Positions 26,636 through 39,200 of a stretch of 64,000 bases of DNA are shown piece by piece (positions within the stretch are counted from its first letter, which is position 1; every line of letters starts with the position of its first letter). The notes under the pieces are model-generated. The model was not told where the DNA came from and did no database searches. It saw only the letters and a program-made list of their open reading frames with translations. The position numbers and the translations under genes were made by a program. The stretch is taken from contig JABVCE010000009.1 in assembly GCA_014905635.1 (NCBI GenBank), positions 248,001 to 312,000 on the forward strand, given 5' to 3'. This stretch comes from Scenedesmus sp. PABB004 (taxonomy: Eukaryota).

Positions 26636-28382
26636 TGGCGCCCCGCGCCCGCGCCCCGCCTGCAGCCCATGCGCCGCCGCGCTGGTGCGCGTGCGTGCGC
26701 GCCGCCGCCGCCCGCCAGGCGCGCGCCCGTGCAGCACCTCGACTTGAACGGCCGCCCGGGGCTCATGCGCACGGTGCTGGAGGCGCAGGAGACGCGCGGC
26801 CTCACGCGCAGCGACGACATCAGCAGGCTGCTGCCCGCGGGTGCGGGCGCGCGCGCGGGGCGCCGCCGCCCGTGCGCCGCGCGCACCGCCCGCGCGCCCG
26901 CTGCACGCGCCGCGCGCCGCCGCCCACGGCGCGCCGCCCGCGCGCAGAGGCGGCGATGCTCGCGCGCGGGCGCACCAACCGACAGAGCAAGCTGCTCTTC
27001 TTTGCCAAGATGGCGGAGAAGGGCCTGCAGACGTACGAGCGCGACGGCTGGGGCGAGTTCCCGACGACCATCAACCCCGAGCGCCGCGAGATCAGGCCGA
27101 CCGCCGACAGGCGCGCGCGCGCGCGCGCGCGCGCACGGCGGTGGCGGCGGCGGCGGCGGCGGCGCGAAGGTCCGGGCGCGCGGCGCCGCGCGGGGCGCAA
27201 CGCGCGCTCCGACGCGCGCGCGCGCGCGCGCGCGCGCCGCGCGCAGGGGTCCGATCCTGCTCTGCGTCGACACGAGCGGCAGCATGCGCGGCGCGCGCGA
27301 GACGGTGGCAAAGGCGCTCGCGCTGGAGTGCATGCGCGCGGCCAAGGAGCAGGAGCGCGACTGCTACGTCTTTGCCTTTGCCGGCCCCGCCGAGGTGCGG
27401 CCGCCCGCCCGCCCAGCCGCCCGCCACCCACACCCGCGCGCGCGCGCGCACACCCTGCCGCCGCGCCCCGCCCGCCCACAACGCGCCCACAATGCGCCCG
27501 CCCGCCTGGCCGCGCTCTCAGGTGCGCGAGGTCGAGCTCGGCATGGACATGCCCAGCGTGCTGCGCCTGCTCGACTTCCTGGAGGCCCTCTTTAACGGCG
27601 GCTCCGACTTCAACGAGCCCCTGCGCCGCTGCCTCAACCGCCTCACCGACGCAAAGTGGGCCAACAGCGACGTCCTGCTCGTCTCGGGTGCGCCGCCGGC
27701 GCCGCCGCCGGGCCGGCCGGCCACGCGCTGGCGCGCGGGCGGGCTCGGGGCCCGCGCGGGGGCTCGAGCGCCGACGCCCCGCCCCGTCGCGCCGCGCCGC
27801 GCCGACGCCCCGCCCCGCCGCCGCCGCCGCAGACGGCGAGCTGCGGCAGCCGGGCCCCGAGATCATGCAGAAGCTGGCCGGCGCGAAGCAGAAGCTCGGC
27901 CTGCGCGTGCACGGGCTGATCGTGGGCTCGCCCGAGAAGAAGCGCGCCGACCCCGCGGTGCTGCGCGGGCTGTGCACCAACTACCTGCCCAACGGCAAGG
28001 TCGAGATGTGCATGAGCGAGTTTGAGGGCTGGGCCTCGGTGCAGGTGTGGCGCGCGGCGCGGCGCGGGGCCGCGCGGCGCGGCGCGGGGGCGCCGGCGCG
28101 GCGGTCGGATCGGCGCGGGGCCCCACGCGGCGCGCGTTGCGGCCGCAGGCGGACGCGGGCCTCGCGTTCGACTGGGACGACGTCGCGGGCAACACCGCGC
28201 GCCGGCTGGCTGGGCTGAAGCACGAGAAGGAGCGCACGGAGGAGATGAAGCGCAAGCGCCAGGCCAGCCGCGCGCGCGGGGCCCGGCACCGCCGGCGGCG
28301 GCAAGAAGCACTGAGCGGCGCGAGGCCGGCGGTGCGGTGGGCGTTGGCGCAGCGGTGCACCGGGGCGAGCGGCATTGGTTGA
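25198..28382 (+). CDS. VWA-domain protein (ViaA/CoxE-like) with probable plastid transit peptide
   Basis: Arg/Ser/Ala-rich N-terminus; GLTRSDDISRLLPAE, GPILLCVDTSGSMRG (MIDAS DxSxS), FNGGSDFNEPL, DVLLVSDGE. The true stop may be 28314 if there is an indel near 28280. Confidence 0.8.
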
Positions 28383-28725
28383 CCAGGGACTGCGCTGTGC
28401 CACGCCCGCCCCGCCAAAGCCCCCCGCCGCCGCGTGGCGCCGCCCGCACCTCCTCGCCTCGCCGCGCGCTGGCCCGTGGCGCAATCGCGAAGCCGACCCG
28501 ACACCCGTGCGACGTTGCTCAGCGCACGCCCGCACGCCGTGCCGCGCGCCGGTTGCTGCTCGGCCACCCCGCCGCGTGCAGCCCGCGCGCGCCCCCGCAG
28601 TGCGCGGCAGGGTCGCCTTCTCTTCCGCGCAGTCCAGCGCGCTCGCGCACAGCCCGGCAGCGGCGCAGCGGACGCGCGGCGCGCGCGGCAGCAGCGGCGG
28701 CGCCGCGCGCCCCGCCGGCGCCGCC

Positions 28726-31237
28726 ATGCGGCGCGTGGGGCGCCTGGCGGTCACCACGCTCAAGGTGAGACCTGGGGCGTCGCGACGGCGCACGCGCGGC
28801 GGCCGCAGTAGCCACCCCGCGCGCGCGGCGCGCGCTGACCGTCCCCTGAGCTGCGCGGCCCCGGCGCGCGCGACCGCCGTGGCCCGCAGGCGATCGCGGT
28901 CTGCCACGCGCAGCGCGCGGCGCCGACGCTGACCACCATCGCCGAGATCGTCGCCCTCGCGGCGCCGCTCGTCAAGGCGCCGGCGGATGGCGCCGGCGGC
29001 GGCAGCGAGCAGCCGGAGCAGCAGCAAGCGGCGTCGTCGCAGCTGCAGCGCCGGCGCCGCGACCGCCGCCTGCCCGGCGGCGCGCCGCTGCGGCTGGCGC
29101 TGATGCTCAGCCTGCGCCTCGCGCGCGGCTGGGCGCCGGCGGTGGTCGTCGCGCAGGGCGTGCGCCTCGTGGGCGGCCTCGTGCAGAAGCGCGAGCAGGC
29201 CGCCGACGGCGGCAAGGCGGTCCGCGAGGGCACCGAAGGTGTGCGCGCGCGCCATGGAGGGGCGCGCCGCGCGCGCGCGCGGCCGGCGGCGCCCGCCGGC
29301 CGAGCGCGCGCGGGCCCGCCGACCGCCGCCGCCGCCCGCCCCCCGCCGCGCCAGTGCGCGCGCTGCAGCTGGGCCTGTCGGTCGTGCCGCGCGTCGACCC
29401 GCGCGTGCCGCGGCCGCTGTCTGAATACGTGGCAATCTACCACGAGTGGCTCCTCCTGCTGCGCGGCCGGCTCGCGGCCGCGGGGCTCGACCTGCCGCCG
29501 CTGCTCGGCGGCACCGGCGAGGGCGGCGCGGGCGACGAAGAGCTCATGCGGTTCGCGCTGTGCTACAACATCCTCCAGGCGCGCCGCCGCCGCCGCTGCG
29601 GAGCCTGGGCCCGGCGGGGGCCGCGCGGCGGCGGCGGCCGGGGCCGCCGACGCTCAAGCGTGCGTGCGAACTCGCGCCCGCCGCGCGCCGCGCTCCGCCA
29701 GGCGCGGAGCCTGAAGGACGCGCTCGTCGCGATGGACCGCACCGCGACCAACGTGCGCGAGTTTGTCGCGTGGCACGCGGCGTACCGCTTCATCGCCCCG
29801 GGTGCGCCGCGCCGCGCCGCCGCCTGCCCGCGCGCGCGCGCGCGTCGCGTGCCGCGCAGCCGCCGTGCGCCTGCGCCGCCGCGCCCGCCCGCGCCGACGC
29901 GGCGCGCCGCGCGCGCCGCCGCCCGCGCCCGCCGCGGCCGCAGAGGACCTCGCCGCGTGGCAGCGCATCGCGTGGTGGGAGGGCCCCGACGAGGAGGGCC
30001 ACCTGTGGCTGATGATCGACTTTCGCTCCGCCGTCGCGGCGGCGCGCACGCACGGCCCGACCTCGTCGCGCGCGTGCTCGTCTCAAACGTGCGCACCGCC
30101 GCGCCGCGCCGCTACAGGGCCCGCCGCCGCGCCGCGCCCGCCCGCCCGCGCACGCAGCGCACGCACTCGGTCACTCCCCCTCCCCCCTCTGCCCGCGCGC
30201 GCGCCCGCGGGGCGCGCCCAGATGGAGTACGGCGTGCGGCAGCTCATCCCCGAGCTCGGCTGCGCGGGCACGTGCCGCGTCGTCGTCGACGCGAGCGGCG
30301 TGCACATCGGCGCCGCGCTGCAGGGGCGCAACCGGCGAGTCTTCCAGCGCGTCGGGCACGTCCTCGACCGCATGTACCCCTGCCGCCTGCAGGCGCGCCG
30401 CGCCGCGGCGCGCCAACGACCACCCACGCCGTGCTGACGGCGGCGGCGGCGCGCCCGTCGTCGCGCCCACGGTCACCGGCCGCGCTTAGGCCCGCCCTGC
30501 CCCCCGCGCACACACGCCCGCCAGGTCCTGTTCATGGTCGGGCTGCCCTTCCCACTGCGCTGGTCGCTGCGGGCGTGCATGCAGCTGCTGCACGTGCACA
30601 CGCGGCGCAAGATCAGGATGTGCCGGTGCGGCGCCGCCGCCGGCGCTGGCGGCGCTCCCTCACCACCCCGCGCGCACGCGCCGCCCACTCGCCGCCTGCG
30701 CGCGCGCGCCTCGCTCACCTCACTCGCCGCCGCCGCCGCCGCCCCCGCCGCAGGGCCACCGACGTGCCGCGCCGCCTGCCCAGCCAGCTGCGCTCGCACA
30801 AGCTGTCGGTCGGCGCGGGCCTGGACGGCCTGGCCGGCGGCGCGATCCTCGCGGACGGGGGCGACTGGGCGAGCGCGGCCGGCACGACCGCCGCCGGCAG
30901 CGTCGTGGGCAGCGAGCTGGGAGAGCCGTTCACGCCCCGCACGCCCGGCGCCGGCCGCGGCCTGGCCGCGCCGCGGCGCTTCGCCTGGCGCCGCCGGCGC
31001 GCGAGCGAGGGCGCCGGCGCCGCGCGGCGCGCCGGGCGCCGCCGCCTCGCGCCGCGCGCGCTCGCGAGCGGGCTGGCGCTCCTGGCCGCCGGCCTCGTCG
31101 CGTTCGCATACCTGCTGCTGCTGCAGCGCGTTGCGCCGGGCCGCATCGCGGCGCTCGCGGCGCTCGCCGCCCGCGCGGCGGCCGTGCTCACGGGCGGCAG
31201 CGGCGCGGGCGCGGGCGGCGGCGCCGCCGAGCTGTGA
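28726..31237 (+). CDS. CRAL-TRIO (Sec14-like) lipid-binding protein with C-terminal transmembrane segment
   Basis: DEELMRFAL, WEGPDEEGHLWLMIDF, VVVDASG, LDRMYPCRLQVLFMVGLPFPLRW..TRRKI; C-terminal LALLAAGLVAFAYLLLL. Apparent 1-nt frameshift near 30057. Confidence 0.75.
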
Positions 31238-31273
31238 GCGCGCCGCGCGGCACGCTGAGCTCGCACGTCGGCC

Positions 31274-31278
31274 TGTAA
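31274..31278 (+). terminator. Probable TGTAA polyadenylation signal of the CRAL-TRIO gene
   Basis: TGTAA 37 nt after the stop at 31237. Confidence 0.55.
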
Positions 31279-31286
31279 AGAAACTC

Positions 31287-31931
31287 CTCACGTGCGGCCT
31301 TGGTCGCCATGGCGTCGCGGTCGTGCGCTCACAGGCAGCGGGCGCGCTGGGTTTCGCTGCGTTCGCTGAAGGCGTGGAGCTGGGCCAGGAACTGCTGCAG
31401 GCTGCAGGGCGGCCGGCTCATGGGGGCGGGCGGCAGCGGGGGGTGTGCCCGGCGCGCCCGCGGCACGCCGGGGCGGCCGCAGCGGCGCGTGTTACTCGCG
31501 GGCGGTTGCCGAGTGTGCGCCACATCGGCCGCGGCAGCGCCCCGCAGCGCCCCCGCGCCGCCGGCGTGGCCCCGCGAGCTGGGCGCGCACCGACGGCGGG
31601 CCCCTGGGGTAGCGCGGGGAGCTGATCCAGAGCTGCGGCAGCTCGTCGGCGGCGCTGGCGACTGCCAGCTGGCGGGTTTGGCCTGGCCGCCGTGTAGGCA
31701 GGCAGCAGACACCCCTCTGATGCAGCGGCTCGGGCAGCCCCTCGGGCATCGCGGGGGCGCGGGTGCTGCAGGCGGCCAGGGCGACGCCAGGCTGGCTGGC
31801 GAGAGCCAGGACCGCTGAGCACACTCTCTCTCTCGCGCGGCCCGCTCGCCCCTGGGCAGCTCAGGAGAGCTCCGGAGCCCGGGTCCGGGCTGCTGGTCCT
31901 GAGTTGCCAGCCCGCGCGCGCGCTCGTGCAA
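31287..31931 (-). repeat. Left arm of ~650 bp inverted repeat (copy of PEPCK upstream region + exon 1)
   Basis: Reverse complement of about 35624-36288. Near-identical translated ORFs appear on both arms (e.g. SLQQFLAQLHAFSERSETQRARCL). Confidence 0.95.
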
Positions 31932-32021
31932 GGGGCCGCCGCCCGCGCGCTCCGCGCGCCTCCCTCGAGCTTGCACGCCCAGCCCCGCTCGCGAGCGAGG
32001 AGCGATCGGTCCTGCCGGTGG

Positions 32022-33423
32022 TCAGGTCCAGGACTGCAGCGTGCGGTCGCGGTAGAAGCCGCCGGTCTTGAAGTCCTCTGGCGGCGTGAGCGCGAGCCAC
32101 ACCGGCGTGTCCGCGCCGGCGGCCGCTGACTGCGTGCCGCGCCAGCTGCTCATGTCGGTCGCGCAGTAGCCGGGACAGCATGCGTTGACCATGATGCCGC
32201 GCGGCGCCAGCTCCTTGGCGAGCAGCCGTGTGTAGCTGCTCTCCAGGGCCTTGCTGACCCCTGGCGCGGCCGCGGCCGCCGCGGCGGCAGCCGCGCGCGG
32301 GCGGCGTGGGGCGGGCGCTCAGCGGGCGCACGAGCGGCCCGGCCCGTGCGCTGCCGAGCAGCCGCGGCGCCGCGCCACGCACCGTACATGGAGTTGGGCC
32401 ACCCAGCCTCGGCGTGCCGCCCCGCTTGGACGTCTGCAACGAACGCGTTGCCCAGCTGCACGAGCTCGTCCACACCTGCGCGGCGCGCAGCGGGGGCGGT
32501 GGGCCGGCGCGGCGCGGCGCAGCGCCCGGCGCGTGCCAGGCCCCGCGCAGGCAGGACGCGCGCGCACCACCTGAAGGAGCGTCGAAGCGCGCGCGCAGCT
32601 GCTCCGAGGGGATGCCGCGCAGCAGGCCCGACCTGCGTGGCGCCGCGGCGGAGGCGCTGACGCGTCTGCCGGGCGCGGGCGCGCGCGGCGCGGCGCGCGC
32701 GGAGAGCCCCCCGCGCCCGGCCCTGCCGCGCACGAGCTGGACACGTTGACGATGCGGCCGCCCGGCGCGAGCAGCGGCGCGAGCGCCTCGCACGCCGCGC
32801 GCGTGCCGCCAAAGTTGGTGGCGATCGTCGCCGCGGCCTCGTCGGCGCCAAACGTGCTGCCCTTGAACGCGATGCCTGGTGAGCGGGGTGAGGGCGTGTG
32901 ATGGGGCGAGTGCGGGGGGCGCGCGCGTGGGGGTGCGTGTGGGAAGCGCGTGGGCGCGTGCGTGGGCGAGTGCGGGCGCGCGTGGGCCGGGGCGCCGCGT
33001 GCGCCCCCGCGCGCCCCGCGCGCGTTGTTCACCCGCGTTGTTCACCAGGACGTCCAGCCTCCCCCCCTTGGCGTCCGACAGCCACTCGGCAAACGCGGCG
33101 ACGCTCGCGGGGCTCGCGATGTCGAGCTGCCGATACTCGACCGCGAGCGCCGCGCCGCCGGCAGTGCTGCCGCCCGCGAGCTTCGCGAGCGCCGCGGCGC
33201 CGCGCTCCTCGCTGCGGCTGGTGAGGACCACGCTCAGCCCCGCCTCGGCCAGCAGGCGGGCGATCTCAAAGCCGATGCCCTTGTTCGCTGCGGCGGGCGG
33301 GGAGGGCGGTCGACGTTTGCCGGCACGCGCGGCTCGCTGCGGCGCGCCGCGCACGCGCAGCCGCCGCCGCGCACCGCCCGTGACCACCGCCACGGTGGAG
33401 GCGTCCCACCACTTGTCAGGCAT
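32022..33423 (-). CDS. Short-chain dehydrogenase/reductase, carbonyl reductase (CBR)-like
   Basis: VAVVTGANKGIG, LDVLVNNAGI, IVNVSS, MYGVSK (YxxxK), NACCPGYCATDMS, GADTPVWLAL. Confidence 0.92.
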
Positions 33424-33902
33424 GGCGCGTGGGCCCGCGCCGGCGAAGAGGCTGCGCGCGGCGCGGCAGCGGCAGCAGCGCTCGGCGGCGCTCGGCGCGG
33501 GGGACCCCCCGCCGGCGCTGCCCCGTGGGTGCGTGGGTGGGTGGGAGTTACTCACTTGCTCAGCAGGCCACGGGCGGCCAGCGGCGAGGGGTGGCGGCGC
33601 CGCGGCTGCGCGCCAGCAGCTGCTGCCGGCGCAGCGCTCGCCCGCGCGCGCGCCGCGGCCAGCATGCAGGGGGCCTCTTGGTCGGAGGGGCGATCGGGCG
33701 CGGGAGTGGGGTGGTGGAAATGCCGGGCGTGTGCCAGCCGCATGACCGCGTGACGACGACCGCGCGTGCCGGCTGCACGCGCGCGGCAAAGGCCGCACCG
33801 GCGGGAGCACACAGCCACGTCCGTCGCACGTCGCCCTGCATCACGTCCCTCCCCTCTGGTGTTGCGCGCCAGGCTAGACGCGCTGCCCTGCGGCCACGCG
33901 CG

Positions 33903-35380
33903 ATGGTGCAGCTCCCGCGCTCCCACGCGCCCGCCGCGGCGAGCGGCCTGCGCCAGGCGCTCCAGCCCGCGTCGCTGGCGGCGTGCGTGCGCCCGCGCTC
34001 GCGCCCGCGCGCGGTGGCAGCGGCGGCAGCAGCAGCGCCGGACGAGAGCGCCGCAGTCGTGGGCCGGCGGGCCGCGCTCGTCGGCGCCGCGCTGGCCGTG
34101 GGCCTGCGGGGCGCCGCGCCGGCTTGCGCGGTCCAGGGCCTCACCGCCGGCCGGCTGCCGGGTGCGGCGGCGTCGCACCGGCTGTGGTGGCCAGCGCGGA
34201 CCTCTGCCGGCCGCCGCCGGGCCGGTCGTGCGCAGCAGCTCCAGCGCGCCGACGTCCCGCCGCGTCCGCAGGCCTGACGCCGCCCCGCTGCTGCGGGCCC
34301 GTGCGCCGCCGTCCCACGTCCGCAGGCCTGACGCCCGAGCCGGACGCGGATGGCTTTTATCTGTACACGCGGCCCGAGGGCAAGAGCGGCGGGCACGGCG
34401 TGGGCTGGAGCGAGATGCCGCGCTACTCGTTCAAGGTGCGCTGCGCTGCGCTGCGCTGCGCTCAGCTCGCCTCAGCTCAGCCTCTGCGCCGCGGGGCTGC
34501 CGCCGCCGCCGCCGCCGCCGCTGCCGCCGTGCGCCGGCGTCGCACGCGCCGAGCGCCGCGCGCCGCGCGCAGGTGCCCGAGGGCTGGGAGGAGACGCCCG
34601 TGTCGATCGCGGACCTCGGGGGCACCGAGATTGACCTCCGCTTCGCGCGGCCGGACCAGGGCAACCTGCAGGTCGTCGTCGCGCCGGTGCTGCGCTTCGC
34701 CGACGTCGGCTTCAACGCAGGTGCGGGCGCGGCGGGCCGCTGAGCGCGCGGCGGGGCGCTGAGCGCGCGGCAGGGCGCCGACCGCCGCGCCACGCACCAC
34801 GCCGCGGTCGGCCTTGAACGCAGACGTGCGGATCGACCAGCTGAACCAGCCGGACGCCATCATCAGCGGCTTCGCCCCCGAGGTGCGCGCGCGGCGGGGC
34901 GCCGAGCGCGCGGCGCGGCGCCGAGCGCGCGGCGGGGCGCTCAACGCGCGGCGGGCGGGGGCCGACCGCCGCGCCGCGCGCCGCGCCGCGCCGCGCGCCG
35001 CGCCGCGCCGCGCCGCGCTGCAGCTGTTTGGCCGGCCGCTGAACGAGGGCGACGTGCTGGAGCAGCGCGAGACGGTCAAGGGCGGCGTCAAGTACTACGA
35101 GTGGTGCGACGGCCGCCGGGCCGGGGGCCGCCGGGCGGGCCCCGCGCGCGCGCCTGCGCGCGTGCTCGCCTGACGCGCCGACGCGGCGCCGCTGCCACGC
35201 GCGGCGCGCGTGCGCAGGGAGGTGAAGCCGCACAACCTGGTGTCCGCGACGGCGGTGGGCAACCGCGTGTTCATCATCAGCATCGCCGCCAAGTCGAGCC
35301 GCGTGTGGGCGCGCGCGGCCGACACGCTGCGCGCGATGCAGGCGTCGTTCTTCGTGCCCGCGCCGGGCGCGGCCGCGTGA
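33903..35380 (+). CDS. PPD6: PsbP-domain protein 6 (thylakoid lumen)
   Basis: Bipartite transit peptide with twin-Arg (GRRAAL...AxA); AGRLPGL..EPD, KSGGHGVGWS, PVSIADLGGTEIDLRF, VVVAPVLRFAD, ISGFAPE match PPD6. Confidence 0.85.
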
Positions 35381-35623
35381 GCCGGCGGCTCCAGGCCGGC
35401 TGCGTGCGAGCGGGGGCGGCGCAGGGCAGGGGGCGGGGAACGCCGCGAGGACGAGGGCCGTGAGAGGGGGAGCGGCCTCAGCAGCGCTGCTGTGCGTGCT
35501 GCCGGACGGGGCGGGCTGCTGCGCCAGTGCGAGCCGGCAGCGCCGCGCCCGCGCGTGGACGAGCGGGGCTGTGCGAGTGAGGGGCGCGGGCGGGGCGTAC
35601 GGAGCGTGCAGAGCGGGCGGGCT

Positions 35624-36288
35624 TTGCACAAGCGCGCGCGCGGGCTGGCAACTCAGGACCAGCAGCCTGGAGCTCTCCTGAGCTGCCCAGGGGCGAGCGG
35701 GCCGCGCGCGAAAGAGTGTGCGTGGTCAGCGGTCCTGGCTCTCGCCAGCCAGCCTGGCGTCGCCCTGGCCGCCTGCAGCACCCGCGCCCCCGCGATGCCC
35801 GAGGGGCTGCCCGAGCTGCTGCATCAGAGGGGTGTCTGCTGCCTGCCTGCGTGGCCAGGCCAAACCCGCCAGCTGGCGGCCAGGCCAAACCCGACAGCTG
35901 GCGGTCGCCGGCGCCGCCGACGAGCTGCCGCAGCTCTGGATCAGCTCCCCGCGCGCCCCCAGGGGCCCGCCGTCGGTGCGCGCCCAGCTCGCGGGGCCAC
36001 GCCGGCGGCGCGGGGGCGCTGCGGGGCGCTGCCGCGGGATGACGGCCGATGTGGCGCACACTCGGCAACCGCCCGCGAGTAACACGCGCCGCTGCGGCCG
36101 CCCCGGCGGCGCCGCGGGCGCGCCGGGCACACCCCCCGCCGCCGCCCGCCCCCATGAGCCGGCCGCCCTGCAGCCTGCAGCAGTTCCTGGCCCAGCTCCA
36201 CGCCTTCAGCGAACGCAGCGAAACCCAGCGCGCCCGCTGCCTGTGAGCGCACGACCGCGACGCCATGGCGACCAAGGCCGCACGTGAG
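35624..36288 (+). repeat. Right arm of ~650 bp inverted repeat; contains PEPCK upstream region, ATG and first splice donor
   Basis: Reverse complement of 31287-31931. Carries a 25-bp tandem duplication (about 35853-35903) absent from the left arm. Confidence 0.95.
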
Positions 36289-39200
36289 TTGGTTTAGGCC
36301 GCGCCGCGGGGCCGTGCGGGGCGTGGAAGGCGGCCGCCCTCTGACGAGGACGGATTGATTGGCCAGCGGCCCGCGCCGTGTGGGCCGCCCAGCGCGCGCC
36401 GTCGGGCGCGAGCGTTGCCACCCAAGCCCGCGAGGCGCCTCGCGCGCGCTCTGGCATCGCCGGGCGGCGCCGGCGGCGGCGCTGCTGCTGACCTTCTTCC
36501 GCCTTTTTTTTCTGCCGCCGCGCAGCCGTGAAGACGCCCGAGGTCGACACTGCGCTCATCGGCATGAAGAAGGCGGCCATGGCCCAGAAGGAGCAGATCA
36601 GCTCGGTGTGGGCCGCGCGCCGCCGCGCGCACGCGCCGCCCGCTGCTGCGCGCCGCCCGGCCCCGCGCCGCCGCCTGACCCTGCGCCGCCGCGCTCCCCC
36701 CGCCCGCCGACAGGCCGGCAAGCCCGTGTCCGCGATCATGGAGGCCTGCAAGGCCTTCAAGGAGAGCGGCTTCCGCCCGAAGATGGTCTACAGGCGCGCG
36801 CCGCACAGGGCGGGATGCTCGGCGGCGCGGCGCGGCGCGCGCGCGCGGCCCCCCGCGGCCCTGCTGCTGCTCACGTGCACGCGCGCCCCTGCCTCCCCGG
36901 CGCGCCCCTCTGCAGGAACCTGCCGCCCAGCCACCTGTATGAGAAGGTCCGCCCGGCGGCAGCAAAGTTGCCGGCCCCACGCGCGCGCGCGCGCGCCCCG
37001 CGCGCTGCTGCTGGCGGCCCCAACGCCTCAACGCCGCCGCCGCCGCCGCCGTGCCTGCCCCCCCCCCCCCAGGCGCTGCGGTACGAGCCCGGCACGCACA
37101 TCGTCAAGAGCGGCGCGCTCGCGACCTCCTCGGGTGCGGCCAGCCTCCAGCGCACGCGCGCGCGCGCGCGCCACGCCGCGCTGCGCGGCCCCTCCCCGCC
37201 GCGCCGCGCGCCGACCACCGCCCGCTGCGCGCGCGCCGCCGGCCGGCGCGCAGGCGCCAAGACGGGGCGCTGCCCGCGCGACAAGCGCGTCGTGCGCGAG
37301 CCGGGCACGGCGGGCGACATCTGGTGGGCGAGCAGCGGCAGCGGCAGCCCCAACTACGAGATGGACGAGCGCTCGTTCCTGCAAAACCGCGAGACCGCGG
37401 TCTCCTACCTCAACAGCCTGCACCACGTGTTTGTCTTTGACGGCTACGCCAACTGGGACCCCGACGCGCGCATCAAGGCGAGCGGCCACGCCACGCACGC
37501 GGCAGCGCTGAGCGCTCGTGGGGCTCCTCTGGGGCCGGGGGGCCGTGCGCGCCGCGCCGGCGCCGCGCGCGGCCGCCGACGACCAGGGGGCGACCGACGA
37601 CGTCGGCACTCACAGAGCTGACGCGCCGCCGCGCGCGCGCCCGTGCCGCGCCGCGGCCGCGCAGGTGCGCGTCGTGACTGAGCGCGCGTACCACGCGCTC
37701 TTCATGCACAACATGCTCATCCGGCCGACCGAGGAGGAGCTGGAGGAGTACGGGGAGCCAGACCTCATCATCTACAACGCCGGTGAGCGGCAGCGCGGCG
37801 CGGGGCTGCGCTGTGTGCTGTGCTGCGCTGCGCTGCGCTGCGCTGCGCTGTGCGGCACGCGCACGCGTGGTGGGTGTGTGGGCGTGGAGGGGGGAGGGCG
37901 GCCGGTGCAGGCCGCCGAGCGTCGCGCGCCGAACGCCGCCGAGCGCCGCGCGCCGCCCCTGCCGCCGCGCCGCCGCGCCGTCGTGCAGGCGCGTTCCCTG
38001 CCAACCGGTACGCCAACTACATGACCAGCCCCACGAGCGTCGACATCAGCCTGCGCAGCCGGGAGATGGTCATCCTGGGCACCCAGTACGCGGGCGAGAT
38101 GAAGAAGGGCGTCTTCAGGTGCGCCGGCGGGGAGGAGGAGGGGGGGGGGTCTCCGCTGCGGGGAGGCGGGCGGGGACGGGGCAGGCGGCGGCGGCGGCGG
38201 CCTGCGCGGGAGGTGTGTGTATTCTCCGCGGCGCGGAGAGAGTCAACACGCACAACAAGCAAACGCGCGCCACCGCCCGCCCGCCCGCCCGCCCCCGCAG
38301 CGTGATGCACTACCTCATGCCCAAGCGCGGCATCCTGTCGCTGCACAGCGGCTGCAACATGGGCGCGTCGGGCGACGTCACGCTCTTTTTCGGCCTCTCG
38401 GGTGCGCGCCGCGTTGCAGGGTCTATGAGGGCTTTTGTAGGAGGGTGCCGCGCGGCCGAGCGCGCGCGCGCCCGCAGCAGCGCCAGCGCGCCGCGCCGAC
38501 GGCCCCGCGCGGCGGCTGCCGCCGCCGCTGCGCGCCGCAGGCACGGGCAAGACGACGCTCTCGACCGACCCCCGCCGCCCGCTCATCGGCGACGACGAGC
38601 ACTGCTGGGGGCCCAAGGGCGTGTTCAACGTGCGGCGCGCCCGCGCGCCCGCCTCACGCCGCGGCCGCGCCGCGCCCGGCTGCTCGCCGCGCGCGCGGCC
38701 GCCGACCGCCGCTGAACGCTGCCGCCGCCGCCGCGCGCGCCGCGCGCGCCGCTGCAGATTGAGGGCGGGTGCTACGCCAAGTGCATTGGCCTCAAGGCCG
38801 CAAGCGAGCCGGAGATCTTCAAGGCCATCCGGTGCGCCGCGGCGCCGCGGCTGCTCGCCGCGCCGCGCCGCGCCGCGGGCGCCCGCCGCGCCGCGCCTCT
38901 CCTTCTCCCTCCCTCTCCCTCCCTCCCTCTCCCTCACACACAGCCCGCCGCGCGCGCCGCAGCTTTGGCAGCGTGCTGGAGAACGTCGTCGTCGACGAGG
39001 CGACGCGCGACGTCGACTACGGCAGCGCCGCGCTGACGGAGAACACGCGCGCCTCGTACCCGATCGACTACATCGACAACGCCCGCATCCCCTGCGTCGG
39101 CCCGCACCCGCGCAACGTCGTGCTCCTCTGCTGCGACGCCTTCGGGTGCGCGCCGCGTGCCGCGCGCGCGCGCTGCCGCGGCCGCCGCTGCCACCAGGAG

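Noticed and set aside
31329..31976. ORF in the inverted-repeat arms ending SLQQFLAQLHAFSERSETQRARCL
   Set aside because: Indels between the arms change the upstream frame and no domain is recognisable; a uORF or relic exon cannot be excluded.
31287..36288. Pack-MULE or composite transposon interpretation of the inverted repeat
   Set aside because: No target-site duplication at the outer ends, no transposase, and one arm is the native PEPCK 5' region.
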